This document shows positions 46,951-56,932 of a stretch of DNA of 64,000 bases, one piece after another. The position numbers and the translations under genes were made by a program. Position 1 is the stretch's first letter, and every line of letters begins with the position of its first letter. Source of the DNA: a virus; the IMG/VR virus record IMGVR_UViG_3300025122_000010, positions 1-64,000 of that record. One strand, given 5' to 3'. The notes under the pieces are model-generated. The model was not told where the DNA came from. It did not search any database and saw only the letters and a program-made list of their open reading frames with translations.

Positions 46951-47250
46951 ATGGACTTAGACGAAAAAATTGAAGCTGCAATAACACTCTTTGCATGTGG
47001 CCGGTATCATCGTATCAAAAGTGTAAAACGTTCTTTATTCAGAAAACATTGTGGAAAAAGATTTCATAAAATTGTTGTAGAATATTCTGGCAAAATGTGT
47101 GTTGAACACTTTAACACTGATCGTAGAAAAGTAATATGGGTATGTGATTGTGAGGAATGTGATTGTATAGCTTATTATAGTATTTGCTACGATGATTTTA
47201 AATTCACATTGTTTTCTTTAAGAGAAAGACTAGAAAAGGTTACAACATGA
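46951..47250 (+). CDS. Cys-rich hypothetical protein
   Basis: ORF coupled to downstream gene. Confidence 0.55.
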   Translation: MDLDEKIEAAITLFACGRYHRIKSVKRSLFRKHCGKRFHKIVVEYSGKMCVEHFNTDRRKVIWVCDCEECDCIAYYSICYDDFKFTLFSLRERLEKVTT

Positions 47251-48422
47251 GACCAGAAGAACTTAGGCCAGCTTTAGGCTTCAACGATATCGGTCTGCTC
47301 CCTGCAGATCGTAGTACTATCACATCTAGAAAGCAAGTAGATCTAACTACGAAAATTTCTAGAAATATTGAAATCAAATATCCTATCATTCTTTCACCTA
47401 TGGACACTGTGTCAAGTGTCAAATCTTGTATAGCATTAAACGAAATAGGAGCAGCAGGCATTCTTCATAGATTCATGACTCCAGAAGAGCAAGCTGAAAA
47501 AGCACTTCAAATTAAGCAATCTCAAGTTGGAGAGGGAGGGCCGCGTTTATATGTAGCTATTGGATTGAATGATTATAAGGAACGTGTGAGAACTTTGCTT
47601 GAAGGGAAGTGTAAATTTGTAGATTTGCTCTTCCTTGATACAGCAAACGGTTCAAATATAAAGGTAGAAGAGTTTATGAAGTGGTGGAACAAAGGTTATA
47701 ATAACGATGGTAGTAGACTATTAGAAGATGAAAATGGTAAGTATTATGCAGTCAGTTCATCACCAGATTTAATCATTGGTAATACATTAACTAAAGCTTC
47801 TGTTGCAAGAGCAATTAATCTAGGAGCTGATGGTGTCAGACATGGAATAGGAGTCGGATCAGCTTGCATCACATCTAGAATGACTGGGATACAATGCCCT
47901 CCAATTACAGCATTGTATTATGGATGGAAAGCAATTCGTAATTGGGAACTAGAACAGATTGACAAGAGTTGCGGTGATGAAAGAGAAGATGTTACTCCTT
48001 CACTTTTGCTAGATGGAGGAATCAAAACTCCAGGCGATTTAGCAAAAGCTATTGCAGCCGGAGCTGATGCAGTTATATCAGGAAGTATATTTGCTGGATG
48101 TAAAGAAACACCTGGAAAAATTATTGATATATTTCCTGATGATAACAGATATGGAATACCAAAGAAATTTAAGAAATACAGAGGTATGGCTTCTAAGGGA
48201 GTCGTGGAAGATTACGACTTATGGGATGGTGAACCTGAAAATCTATTTGTAGAGGGGGAAGAAAGGCTCGTACCATATGAAGGGAAACCTGTTGTTGAAG
48301 TAGTTCATGAGTTTGCAAATGGTCTTAAATCGGCTATGAGCTATCTTGGATATAGAAATCTTTCAGAACTCAAAGGTAGTTTATGGACAGAAGAAACGAT
48401 TGGGATAAAGATGGGAGATTAA
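47247..48422 (+). CDS. IMP dehydrogenase / GMP reductase family (no CBS domains)
   Basis: SPMDTV, GILHRF, GIGVGSACIT, DGGIK, YRGMAS, EGEE. Confidence 0.88.
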   Translation: MRPEELRPALGFNDIGLLPADRSTITSRKQVDLTTKISRNIEIKYPIILSPMDTVSSVKSCIALNEIGAAGILHRFMTPEEQAEKALQIKQSQVGEGGPRLYVAIGLNDYKERVRTLLEGKCKFVDLLFLDTANGSNIKVEEFMKWWNKGYNNDGSRLLEDENGKYYAVSSSPDLIIGNTLTKASVARAINLGADGVRHGIGVGSACITSRMTGIQCPPITALYYGWKAIRNWELEQIDKSCGDEREDVTPSLLLDGGIKTPGDLAKAIAAGADAVISGSIFAGCKETPGKIIDIFPDDNRYGIPKKFKKYRGMASKGVVEDYDLWDGEPENLFVEGEERLVPYEGKPVVEVVHEFANGLKSAMSYLGYRNLSELKGSLWTEETIGIKMGD

Positions 48423-48775
48423 CAGCGATGTGGTTTAAAATATATGCACAGGAATCCTATAAGAGTAAGAAGATGGAGCTAGTTGCTATTGTAAAGAGTG
48501 AAGAGCTTTTAAAGCACGTTAAGTCATATTACGAAGGTCAATACGTTGATGTGAAGGTTGAGAGCTCAGATGAAAACCATGCATGAAGCCAACTTTCGTT
48601 ATCATGATAAATCATGCAATAATTGCAAGCGTATGGATGTCAATGATAATGGGAAAGTGTTTGAGTCAAATTGTAGTATTGTTGGATTGACAAATTTATC
48701 AGTTGATTTATTCAGAGTCATAACTTGGAATGAGTCAAGAGTTTGCGATGAATGGAAGCTAATCTCAGCGAAGTG

Positions 48776-48786
48776 ATATTTATATA
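48776..48786 (+). promoter_or_regulatory. ATATTTATATA motif (candidate late promoter)
   Basis: Intergenic, upstream of beta-barrel gene. Confidence 0.45.
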
Positions 48787-48827
48787 GTACGGTACAAAAC
48801 CTTAAACATAAAAAAAGGGGAGAATAC

Positions 48828-49358
48828 ATGAGAAAGTATATCATGATGTTTGCAGCAATGTTTACATTGCTTTTTGCAGTATCACCTGCAGAAGCTGATA
48901 ACAAAGGCAAGATCGTAACATCAGCAGGTGTTGGTGTAGTAACTGTAGTTGATGAAGAGCTCATTGGTAACTTTGAAGGGATTGATGACAATTTGTATGG
49001 TACGTCTATTGATCTCTATCTCACTAACGCTCAGACCGTTGGAATAAGAGCCGCTATCGCAACGTTCGATAATAAGATGTATGATATTAGTGGGAACTGG
49101 AAGTATCATTTCAGAGCTGATAAGCGATTCGTCCCTTATGCAGGAATTGGATGTGGTATCCAGACTATCGGTTTAGTAACTGACGGAACTAAGGGAACAG
49201 CTTCAATTGCACTTGGTGCTGAATATAGCATATCACCTCGTATTGGTCTCTTCCTAGAGTCTAAGGGTATTACTTCATTCGATAAGAGCACTGATGACAA
49301 GAATGTTCGAACAGTATTTAATCAAGTGATGCTTGGTTTAACTGTTAACGCAAGATAG
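48828..49358 (+). CDS. secreted small outer-membrane beta-barrel protein (OmpA/Ail-like)
   Basis: Signal peptide ending AEA; FVPYAGIGCG; LGAEY; alternating beta strands. Confidence 0.7.
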   Translation: MRKYIMMFAAMFTLLFAVSPAEADNKGKIVTSAGVGVVTVVDEELIGNFEGIDDNLYGTSIDLYLTNAQTVGIRAAIATFDNKMYDISGNWKYHFRADKRFVPYAGIGCGIQTIGLVTDGTKGTASIALGAEYSISPRIGLFLESKGITSFDKSTDDKNVRTVFNQVMLGLTVNAR

Positions 49359-49465
49359 TTTCAAACTGTTTGGCAGTTCAGTTCAAAAACTGTCATACAT
49401 AAAACCTCAAACCGGACTTTAAACTTATTTACAACGCCAGTCCGTCGTTGTTACGGAGGTGAGAC

Positions 49466-50281
49466 ATGGTGTATCAAGAAAAGTTGGTAGCAGCAATCCA
49501 GGTAGATGGTAAGACTCTTCGTGAGTCCCATCAAGGTAGTGGTTCCTCAGAAGTATTCCTTCCTTTTGGTTCAGAATACCGATTATTTTTCAAGAACATA
49601 GCGAATCGTAAAGTTCAAGTAGGAGTAAATGTTGATGGCAGAGAAGCAATTAAAGCTTTGCTTATCGATGCAAATTCTACTGCTACGCTTGAAAGATTCT
49701 TTGGTGATTCTATGAATGATGGCAATAAGTTCAAGTTCATAGAGATGATTAATGAAATTCGTGAACACAGAGGTGATCAGCCAGAAGATGGCTTGATTGA
49801 GATTCGTTACAAGTTTGAGAAGGAAGTTATTAGACACGAAGTGCTTCATGAATGGGAAGAGTATTATCGTACGTATCCACGCAGGCGTCCAGGACGACGT
49901 GAAGACGGTCCGTTGCCATGGAAAGATTATTGGACTGTTAGTAGTGATGATTCAAGAGGAATTACTAAATCACTTGGTGGTGGCGGAACATCTAGTTCTA
50001 TGTCGATGAGTTATGATGCTCCAGTAGCTGCAGCAGCACCAGCTAACGATCTAGGAATCACAGTAGAAGGGTCGTTTTCAAATCAGAGATTCAATTATGG
50101 GCATATTGGTGAATTAGAAACAAAAGAACACGTAATTGTATTCCAGTTAAAGGGAGAGACTTCTCAGGTAGTAGTAGAAGTACCAATGACTACAAGAACC
50201 AAGATTCAATGTAGTTATTGTAGTACAAGAAATGTTTCTTCCAACAACTTCTGTAGAAAATGCGGAGCAGCAGTGAAGTAA
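49466..50281 (+). CDS. conserved phage protein with C-terminal Zn ribbon
   Basis: VFLPFGSEY..KN, CSYC..FCRKCG; SD GGAGG. Confidence 0.75.
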   Translation: MVYQEKLVAAIQVDGKTLRESHQGSGSSEVFLPFGSEYRLFFKNIANRKVQVGVNVDGREAIKALLIDANSTATLERFFGDSMNDGNKFKFIEMINEIREHRGDQPEDGLIEIRYKFEKEVIRHEVLHEWEEYYRTYPRRRPGRREDGPLPWKDYWTVSSDDSRGITKSLGGGGTSSSMSMSYDAPVAAAAPANDLGITVEGSFSNQRFNYGHIGELETKEHVIVFQLKGETSQVVVEVPMTTRTKIQCSYCSTRNVSSNNFCRKCGAAVK

Positions 50282-50313
50282 ATTGAGTTATAATTAAGAG
50301 TTTAGAAAAAACG

Positions 50314-50346
50314 AGCGTCCTTTTGTTTAATCTGGGCGCTCATTTG
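50314..50346 (+). terminator. probable terminator hairpin
   Basis: GAGCGTCC/GGGCGCTC; weak U tail. Confidence 0.45.
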
Positions 50347-50389
50347 ATTAAAACAGTACGAGTTCAGCTAGAAAAACGATCAAACAGGA

Positions 50390-50869
50390 GTGTTAGATAT
50401 GAATATATCATTCTCTGGAACTAGAAAATACAAGACTAGTCAAGACAATATAGATAAAATGCAAAGAACAGCATATACTGTAATGGGTGATAATGAAGTA
50501 GATAACATTTACTTTGGGGGAGCTGAAGGTGTAGATACAGAAATGCTAGTTCGATGTGGCAAGCTTAAAAATGTTGTTCCAAGTAAAAAGAAGCTTGTAG
50601 TTATCCTTCCAAATGCCATAAAGGATCAGCCTGAGTTTGCTCAAAAAGTAATTATCAAATATGCTGACAATATAATAGAGCTTAAGAATCTAATAAATCA
50701 AGAAGATGGATACAAATCATATAGAAGAAGAAATGAAGAACTTATCAGAAAGTGCGACAAGCTTTATGCATTTCCTCTAAAGAAGAGTCATAACAGATCT
50801 GGAACTTGGATGACTATACGAATTGCACAAAAAGAAAATAAAGAAGTTCAAATCATTGAATTAGAGTAA
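50390..50869 (+). CDS. SLOG/DprA-like nucleotide-binding protein
   Basis: FSGTR, GGAEGVD, RRNEEL, SGTWMTIRIA. Confidence 0.8.
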   Translation: MLDMNISFSGTRKYKTSQDNIDKMQRTAYTVMGDNEVDNIYFGGAEGVDTEMLVRCGKLKNVVPSKKKLVVILPNAIKDQPEFAQKVIIKYADNIIELKNLINQEDGYKSYRRRNEELIRKCDKLYAFPLKKSHNRSGTWMTIRIAQKENKEVQIIELE

Positions 50870-50887
50870 ACTAACGAAAGGTTAGAC

Positions 50888-51163
50888 ATGCAAACTGTAT
50901 GGAAGTTCCCATTGCCAAAAGAAGTCACACATCAGTTTAGTTTGGAGATGCCAAAAGATGGTTTGGATTTGTCTGTAAATTTTGATCCAAAAATAGAACA
51001 GATTTGTTTGTGGAGTCTTGTCAAACCTGAGAATGAGACTGTAATTAGAAGTTTTGTTCTTGCTGCTACAGGACAAGATATTATCGGATGGAATATAATT
51101 AGACACGTTGGAAGTTGTAGTGCTTTTGAAATTTTGTTTTATCACCTATTCGAAGTGGAGTAG
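50888..51163 (+). CDS. conserved small phage protein
   Basis: VWKFPL..LWSLV..TG..HLFE. Confidence 0.65.
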   Translation: MQTVWKFPLPKEVTHQFSLEMPKDGLDLSVNFDPKIEQICLWSLVKPENETVIRSFVLAATGQDIIGWNIIRHVGSCSAFEILFYHLFEVE

Positions 51164-51165
51164 TT

Positions 51166-52197
51166 ATGGCAAAGACAAGAATTTTGTATATTGATATGAT
51201 GAATTTGTTTATTAGGAATTTCGCTTCTTTACCTTTCACTAACGATCAAGGTGAGCATGTGGGTGCTCTTTTTGGGTGCTTGAATAGTTATTGCTCTTTG
51301 ATAAAGAAATTCGAGCCTGACATGGTTTTAGTGGCTTGGGAAGGGAAGGACTCTTCAAAGAGAAGAAGAGACCTTATGCCAGGGTATAAAGGCGGAAGGA
51401 AGTTTCATGGCTTTAATAAATCTGTGTTTGGAGACGATGTTGAAGCTGAAACAAAAGCGCTAACTAACCAGTTGACTAGACTAAAACAGTATATCACAAA
51501 CTTACCGTTCTATCAAGCATCAGTCGACTATTTAGAAGCAGATGATTTGATTGGTTATTCTGTTGAGCATCTATTCAATGATGATGAAAATTTCCAGAAT
51601 ATAATTGTTTCTTATGACAGAGATTATATCCAATTAGTAGGAAAAGGAACTGCCTTGTTTAGGCCAGTTAAATCAAAGGATTATCCGAAAGGACAGTTCT
51701 GTACTGAAGGGACTGTCATTGAAGAGATGGGTTGTCATCCTAGAAATTATTTAATAATGAAATGTATAGTTGGTGACACTTCTGATGCAATTAATGGAAT
51801 CTCGAGAGTGGGAGAAAAAACAGTTGCAAAAGATTTCGAGTGTTTACAGGCTTTGAAGAATGGGACTGATATTTATACTACTGAAGACATCTTCGATATC
51901 TGTGATTACAAGCTAGCTGAAGACCCAAAGAAAAATAAGAAGTATGGTAAATATTTAGAGCATAGGAAGTTGATAGAAAGGAACTATGAATTAATGCAAT
52001 TACTAGATCCAAACATAAGTATTACTTCAGTTCAAGCAATTGAACGAACATTTACAAATTTCTTACCAAAGTTTAAAAGCACACAGTTCAGGCTTATGTT
52101 AGTAAAGGATTCAATTGCACCGAGAAATATTACGAGTTGGGTCGACGCCCTTACAAATATACATCCAAAATCAATTTCATTTGAGCAAGGAGATTAA
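51166..52197 (+). CDS. 5'-3' exonuclease / T4 RNase H-like flap nuclease
   Basis: YIDMMN, YKGGR, EADDLI, SYDRDYIQL, GDTSDAINGI. Confidence 0.9.
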   Translation: MAKTRILYIDMMNLFIRNFASLPFTNDQGEHVGALFGCLNSYCSLIKKFEPDMVLVAWEGKDSSKRRRDLMPGYKGGRKFHGFNKSVFGDDVEAETKALTNQLTRLKQYITNLPFYQASVDYLEADDLIGYSVEHLFNDDENFQNIIVSYDRDYIQLVGKGTALFRPVKSKDYPKGQFCTEGTVIEEMGCHPRNYLIMKCIVGDTSDAINGISRVGEKTVAKDFECLQALKNGTDIYTTEDIFDICDYKLAEDPKKNKKYGKYLEHRKLIERNYELMQLLDPNISITSVQAIERTFTNFLPKFKSTQFRLMLVKDSIAPRNITSWVDALTNIHPKSISFEQGD

Positions 52198-53544
52198 ATG
52201 GCAGATCATACTGGCAATTTTGAAAAGTTTGGTTGGAAATTTCAAAATAGAGTCATTAGTGCATCTTTAAATGATGACAAGTTTTTCCAGCAAAATGTTG
52301 CTATATGCAAACCTAGTTATTTCAGTAGTGACGCTCTCCAAACAATTTGGCAAGCAATTGTTGACTACTATCTTAAGTATAATGTAGCTCCTTCATTCGA
52401 TTCTTTGTATGTTGAAATTGCAAAGATTGAGGATGATAATTTGGTCAATGATTGTAAGATCATGTTGGCTGAAGTTAATAAAGAGACTAATAAGAAGGAC
52501 ATCAAGTCAGTAAAGGATACGGTTACTGACTTTTGCACGGAGAAAGAGATTGAACAAGCAATACTAGATTCAGTAGAGCTTCTAAAGAAGAATAAGAAAG
52601 ACGCAATTAAAACAAGAATAGAGAAAGCATTGAAACATGTCCATGCTGTAGATATCGGGCATGTTTATTTCGATAGACTTGAAGAGAGGTTGAAGCAGAA
52701 CTTTAGAAACACAGTGCCAACTGGGTTTAAGCTACTTGATGGTGCTGACTATCTTGATGGTGGGTTGGGTGTTGGTGAAATTGGTGTTATAATGGCACCA
52801 ACTGGAGGAGGGAAGAGTTTCTGGCTTATGATGCTAGGTTACGGTGCTTTAAAGAATAAGGTAAATGTTGTTCATTATACATTTGAGCTTTCTGAAGTTA
52901 ACATAGGAAGAAGATACGATGCTTGTATAAGTGGGATTCCAATGAAAGATCTTACTTCTAAATCTGATATGGTGCAAAAAGCATTGAAAGAGTTTGATGG
53001 TGGGAAGCTAGTAATAAAGGAGTTCCCAACAAAAAGTGCTAATATCAATAAGATCAAATTTCATATTGACAGACTTTTGTCATCTGATTTTGAGCCAGGT
53101 CTTATAATTATTGACTATGCCGATCTTATGATAAGCACAAAAGCATTTGAGCAAAAGACATGGGAATTAGAAGCAATCTATGAAGAGCTTCGTGGTTTTG
53201 GTATGGAGATCAAGATTCCAATTTGGAGTGCTAGTCAGACTAATAGACTTGGATTGGATGGTGACATCATTGGTCTAGATAAGATTGCAGATGCGTATGC
53301 TAAAGCACAAGTTGCTGATTTCATTGCTACATTTTCTAGAAACATGGTTGAAAAAGAGAAGAATAAAGGTAAGTTTTATATTGCAAAGAACAGAATTGGT
53401 GTTGATGGAAAAGTATTTGGAGTTGATTTCAATCCTGCAACTGCTTCAATTGTATTGCAAGAATTTGATGAGCAAGTAAAATTAGAGGGTGATATTCAAA
53501 GCTTGTATAAAAAATATAAGGATAACAAAGATGGATGGGGATAA
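52198..53544 (+). CDS. DnaB/gp41-like replicative helicase
   Basis: APTGGGKS, FEL, IIDYADL, SASQTNR, AKNRIG. Confidence 0.92.
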   Translation: MADHTGNFEKFGWKFQNRVISASLNDDKFFQQNVAICKPSYFSSDALQTIWQAIVDYYLKYNVAPSFDSLYVEIAKIEDDNLVNDCKIMLAEVNKETNKKDIKSVKDTVTDFCTEKEIEQAILDSVELLKKNKKDAIKTRIEKALKHVHAVDIGHVYFDRLEERLKQNFRNTVPTGFKLLDGADYLDGGLGVGEIGVIMAPTGGGKSFWLMMLGYGALKNKVNVVHYTFELSEVNIGRRYDACISGIPMKDLTSKSDMVQKALKEFDGGKLVIKEFPTKSANINKIKFHIDRLLSSDFEPGLIIIDYADLMISTKAFEQKTWELEAIYEELRGFGMEIKIPIWSASQTNRLGLDGDIIGLDKIADAYAKAQVADFIATFSRNMVEKEKNKGKFYIAKNRIGVDGKVFGVDFNPATASIVLQEFDEQVKLEGDIQSLYKKYKDNKDGWG

Positions 53545-53545
53545 T

Positions 53546-53770
53546 ATGAAAAAGTTAATTGTAACATATACTGTCTCTTCTGCTGACTATTCAGAGACTC
53601 AAATTGCATATTCAAAAACAAGAGAATCAGAAAAAACAGAAACAGAAGCTAAAGACGTTATGAAGAGAGTGTTTGAAAGTACTAAAATTGAGTATAATGA
53701 ACATCTAACAGTAGAGCTCTTAATCATTGAAAATGAGAATCAAAAAACCTTAGGCAAACTTGAAAAGTAA
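53546..53770 (+). CDS. hypothetical protein
   Basis: ATG right after helicase stop. Confidence 0.5.
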   Translation: MKKLIVTYTVSSADYSETQIAYSKTRESEKTETEAKDVMKRVFESTKIEYNEHLTVELLIIENENQKTLGKLEK

Positions 53771-53782
53771 TGGAGAGATAGA

Positions 53783-55636
53783 TTGGACATATCACAGAAG
53801 ATACTATCAGATGTAATTGTTTATTCAAACTATGCAAGATACATCCCCGAATTAAAGAGAAGAGAGACATGGGAAGAGATAGTTTCTAGAAATATGAGTA
53901 TGCATATAAAGAAGTTCCCAAAGTTGAGAGAAGAGATTAAAGAAGTATATGAGAAATTCGTAGTAACTAAGAAGGTGTTGCCGTCAATGAGAAGCATGCA
54001 ATTTGGAGGGAAGCCAATTGAACTGTCACCAAACAGGATTTACAATTGTGCCTATCTTCCAATTGATCATTATGAAGCTTTCTCAGAGATAATGTTTTTG
54101 CTGTTAGGGGGAACAGGGATAGGGTATTCTGTCCAGTTTCATCATGTTGAACAATTACCAGAAGTTAGAAAGCCAATAAAGAAAAGAAGATATCTGATAG
54201 GTGATTCTATTGAAGGCTGGTCTGATGCTGTAAAAGTATTGGTTAAGTCTTATTTCTGTGAAAAATCTTTGCCGGACTTTGACTATTCAGACATACGACC
54301 CAAAGGAGCTAGATTAAAGACATCAGGGGGTATTGCTCCAGGACCAGAACCATTGAAGGATTGTTTGCACAATGTGAGCAAAGTGTTTGAAAGGAAAGAA
54401 GATGGAACAAAGCTTTCAACAATAGAAGTTCATGATATAGTTTGTCATATAGCTGACGCTGTTCTTGCAGGAGGGATAAGAAGAGCTGCTCTAATCTCAT
54501 TGTTCTCTTTCGATGACGAAGATATGTTAACTTGTAAATTCGGTAATTGGTGGGAGTTGAATCCACAAAGAGCAAGAGCTAACAATTCAGCTGTTATTAT
54601 GAGACATAGAATTAGAGAGAAGAAGTTCTTTGAGTTTTGGGAGAAGATTAAGAATAACAAATCTGGCGAGCCGGGATTCTTTTTCTCTAACAACAGAGAT
54701 TATGGTGCAAACCCTTGTGCTGAGATATCTCTAAGAGACCATCAATTCTGTAATTTAGTTGAAATAAATGCTTCTGATGTAGAAAGTCAAGATGACTTAA
54801 ATGAAAGAGCAAAGGCAGCTGCATTTATAGCTACACTACAAGCAAGCTATACAAACTTTCATTATTTGAGAGAGATATGGAAAAGCCAGACTGAGAAAGA
54901 TGCTTTAATAGGTGTTGGTATGACTGGTATAGCTAGTGGAAGTGTTCTAGAATTTGATTTAAAAGAGTCGTCAAAATTAGTAATTGAAGAAAACATACGT
55001 ATTGCAGCATTATTGGAAATAAACGCCGCTGAAAGAACCACTACAGTTAAGCCTTCTGGGACTAGTTCTCTTGTTCTTGGTTGTAGTTCTGGCATCCATC
55101 CCTGGCATAGCAAGTATTATATAAGAAGAAAGCAGATACTTAAAAACGAACCACTCTACATCTATTTGAAGAGAACAAATCCTAAGTTAGTTGAAGATGA
55201 CTATTTCAAACCTCACATACAAGCTGTAGTTGCAATTCCTCAGAAAGCACCAGAAGGTGCGATAACGAGATATGAACCTGTATTTGAAATGTTAGAGAGA
55301 GTTAAAAAGTTCAATTTAGAATGGATAAGAAATGGACATAACAATGGTGATAATACTAACAATGTTTCTGCTACGATATCTATAAATGATGGTGAATGGA
55401 ATAAAGTAGGTAAATGGATGTGGGAAAATAGAAAGGTATACAACGGCCTTGCCGTGTTCCCAAAAGAAGAACATAGTTATGTTCAAGCACCTTTTCAGGA
55501 GATTGAAGAAGTGACATTCTTACAGCTGCTCTCTAATTTGAGAGATATTGATCTTACAAAAGTAGAAGAGTTGGATGATTACACTACTTTGAAAGCAGAA
55601 CTAGCATGTGCAAATGGAGGTTGTGATATTTTATAA
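53783..55636 (+). CDS. nrdJ: class II (AdoCbl-dependent) ribonucleotide reductase
   Basis: RRETWEE, YNCAY, GGIRRAA, NPCAEI, FCNL, TVKPSGT, C-terminal CANGGC. Confidence 0.9.
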   Translation: MDISQKILSDVIVYSNYARYIPELKRRETWEEIVSRNMSMHIKKFPKLREEIKEVYEKFVVTKKVLPSMRSMQFGGKPIELSPNRIYNCAYLPIDHYEAFSEIMFLLLGGTGIGYSVQFHHVEQLPEVRKPIKKRRYLIGDSIEGWSDAVKVLVKSYFCEKSLPDFDYSDIRPKGARLKTSGGIAPGPEPLKDCLHNVSKVFERKEDGTKLSTIEVHDIVCHIADAVLAGGIRRAALISLFSFDDEDMLTCKFGNWWELNPQRARANNSAVIMRHRIREKKFFEFWEKIKNNKSGEPGFFFSNNRDYGANPCAEISLRDHQFCNLVEINASDVESQDDLNERAKAAAFIATLQASYTNFHYLREIWKSQTEKDALIGVGMTGIASGSVLEFDLKESSKLVIEENIRIAALLEINAAERTTTVKPSGTSSLVLGCSSGIHPWHSKYYIRRKQILKNEPLYIYLKRTNPKLVEDDYFKPHIQAVVAIPQKAPEGAITRYEPVFEMLERVKKFNLEWIRNGHNNGDNTNNVSATISINDGEWNKVGKWMWENRKVYNGLAVFPKEEHSYVQAPFQEIEEVTFLQLLSNLRDIDLTKVEELDDYTTLKAELACANGGCDIL

Positions 55637-55656
55637 AACAACATAACATTATTATA

Positions 55657-55878
55657 ATGGAGAAAGAAATGGAGGATGCTAATAAGAAAAAGCCCGGCTT
55701 GCAGTTCGAAGCTAGAGTTCAAGAGCTAGCAAGGAGGTATAAAACAATTGACAAGGTCTTTAGACACATGTCTTTAGGGCAAGTTTCTAGATACTATGAA
55801 AAGAATAGTTGTATATTTTTCAAAGATGGGACGTTAGTATACAACGAAACAACTGGAGAAATTTATGAGTCTATCTAA
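55657..55878 (+). CDS. hypothetical protein
   Basis: ORF in operon. Confidence 0.5.
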   Translation: MEKEMEDANKKKPGLQFEARVQELARRYKTIDKVFRHMSLGQVSRYYEKNSCIFFKDGTLVYNETTGEIYESI

Positions 55879-56437
55879 CATGTTATTTAAGAACGCAGAG
55901 TTTCGATCAGTTGGGGTGCCTTCAAGAGTTTTGAATTATGCTGATTTGATTTCTGAAGAAGATGAAGAGAAGTATAGTCCAAAATGGATAGGGATGGTTG
56001 GGCAAAAGATGGATGGCATATGTAGAAATAAAGCAGTGTCATATTTTGATTGGGAAAGCTATGCAGATCAAGTTACGAAGATTGATTATGTATACAACAA
56101 CGATCTAGGGAAAACAGGAAATTTGTCAACTTCGATTATTGGTGTAGGTTATAATACTAGACCGTATCATAGTTGGGTGTTAGTTAAATCTGATTCTAAA
56201 CTTAAAGAAATGAGAATACGAGGTTGCTCTGAAATAACAATTGCAGTTCTTTCATTTCAGAGTAAACTTAATGTATTGTGGTATAAAGGACTATATGTTA
56301 TTCCGATTAATAATATATTCAATATGCCAACATGTAACATTAACGGCGAAAAAATAAGAGGCATCCCATTGTCAGAAGGAGAGTTCGAAGAATCTCATGA
56401 GTCTCTTAAAAAGTACAGATATGAGTTTTCACAATAG
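55865..56437 (+). CDS. hypothetical protein
   Basis: SD GGAG; 190 aa. Confidence 0.6.
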   Translation: MSLSNMLFKNAEFRSVGVPSRVLNYADLISEEDEEKYSPKWIGMVGQKMDGICRNKAVSYFDWESYADQVTKIDYVYNNDLGKTGNLSTSIIGVGYNTRPYHSWVLVKSDSKLKEMRIRGCSEITIAVLSFQSKLNVLWYKGLYVIPINNIFNMPTCNINGEKIRGIPLSEGEFEESHESLKKYRYEFSQ

Positions 56438-56446
56438 GGGAGATTT

Positions 56447-56932
56447 ATGAGTAGAATTAATCGGTTAATGGAGGATGTGCAAGAGCTAGCAGATAAAAAT
56501 GATTTTTGCAACATGAAGATCGAATGGGATGAGTTGTTTTCTTCATTTGTGAAACTACTCTCTTATAGAAGTACGTGCGGCTCTGCAAAGAATGCCGCTG
56601 TTTTAGTTAGAGACAACAGGATAGTTTCAATTGGATATAACGGAGCAAAAAGCGGATATACAAATTGTAATAAAGAAAACTTAGAACTAGACTCATCTGG
56701 TAGTTGTTTGAAATGCATACATGCTGAGCAAAATTGCTTAGGATATGCAGCAAGAAATGGGATTGAGACAGAGGGTTGTACTATTTATTGTACTATGACA
56801 CCTTGTCTTTCGTGTGCTAAAATAATGATAGCAGCAGGAATATCAACATACAAATACTTGATACCATATCGTTTGACAGAGGGCGTAGAGTACTTAAAAA
56901 GATATGGAGTGGGGGTTATGAAACTGATATGA
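56447..56932 (+). CDS. dCMP deaminase
   Basis: RSTC, GYNG, HAEQN, PCLSC. Confidence 0.9.
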   Translation: MSRINRLMEDVQELADKNDFCNMKIEWDELFSSFVKLLSYRSTCGSAKNAAVLVRDNRIVSIGYNGAKSGYTNCNKENLELDSSGSCLKCIHAEQNCLGYAARNGIETEGCTIYCTMTPCLSCAKIMIAAGISTYKYLIPYRLTEGVEYLKRYGVGVMKLI

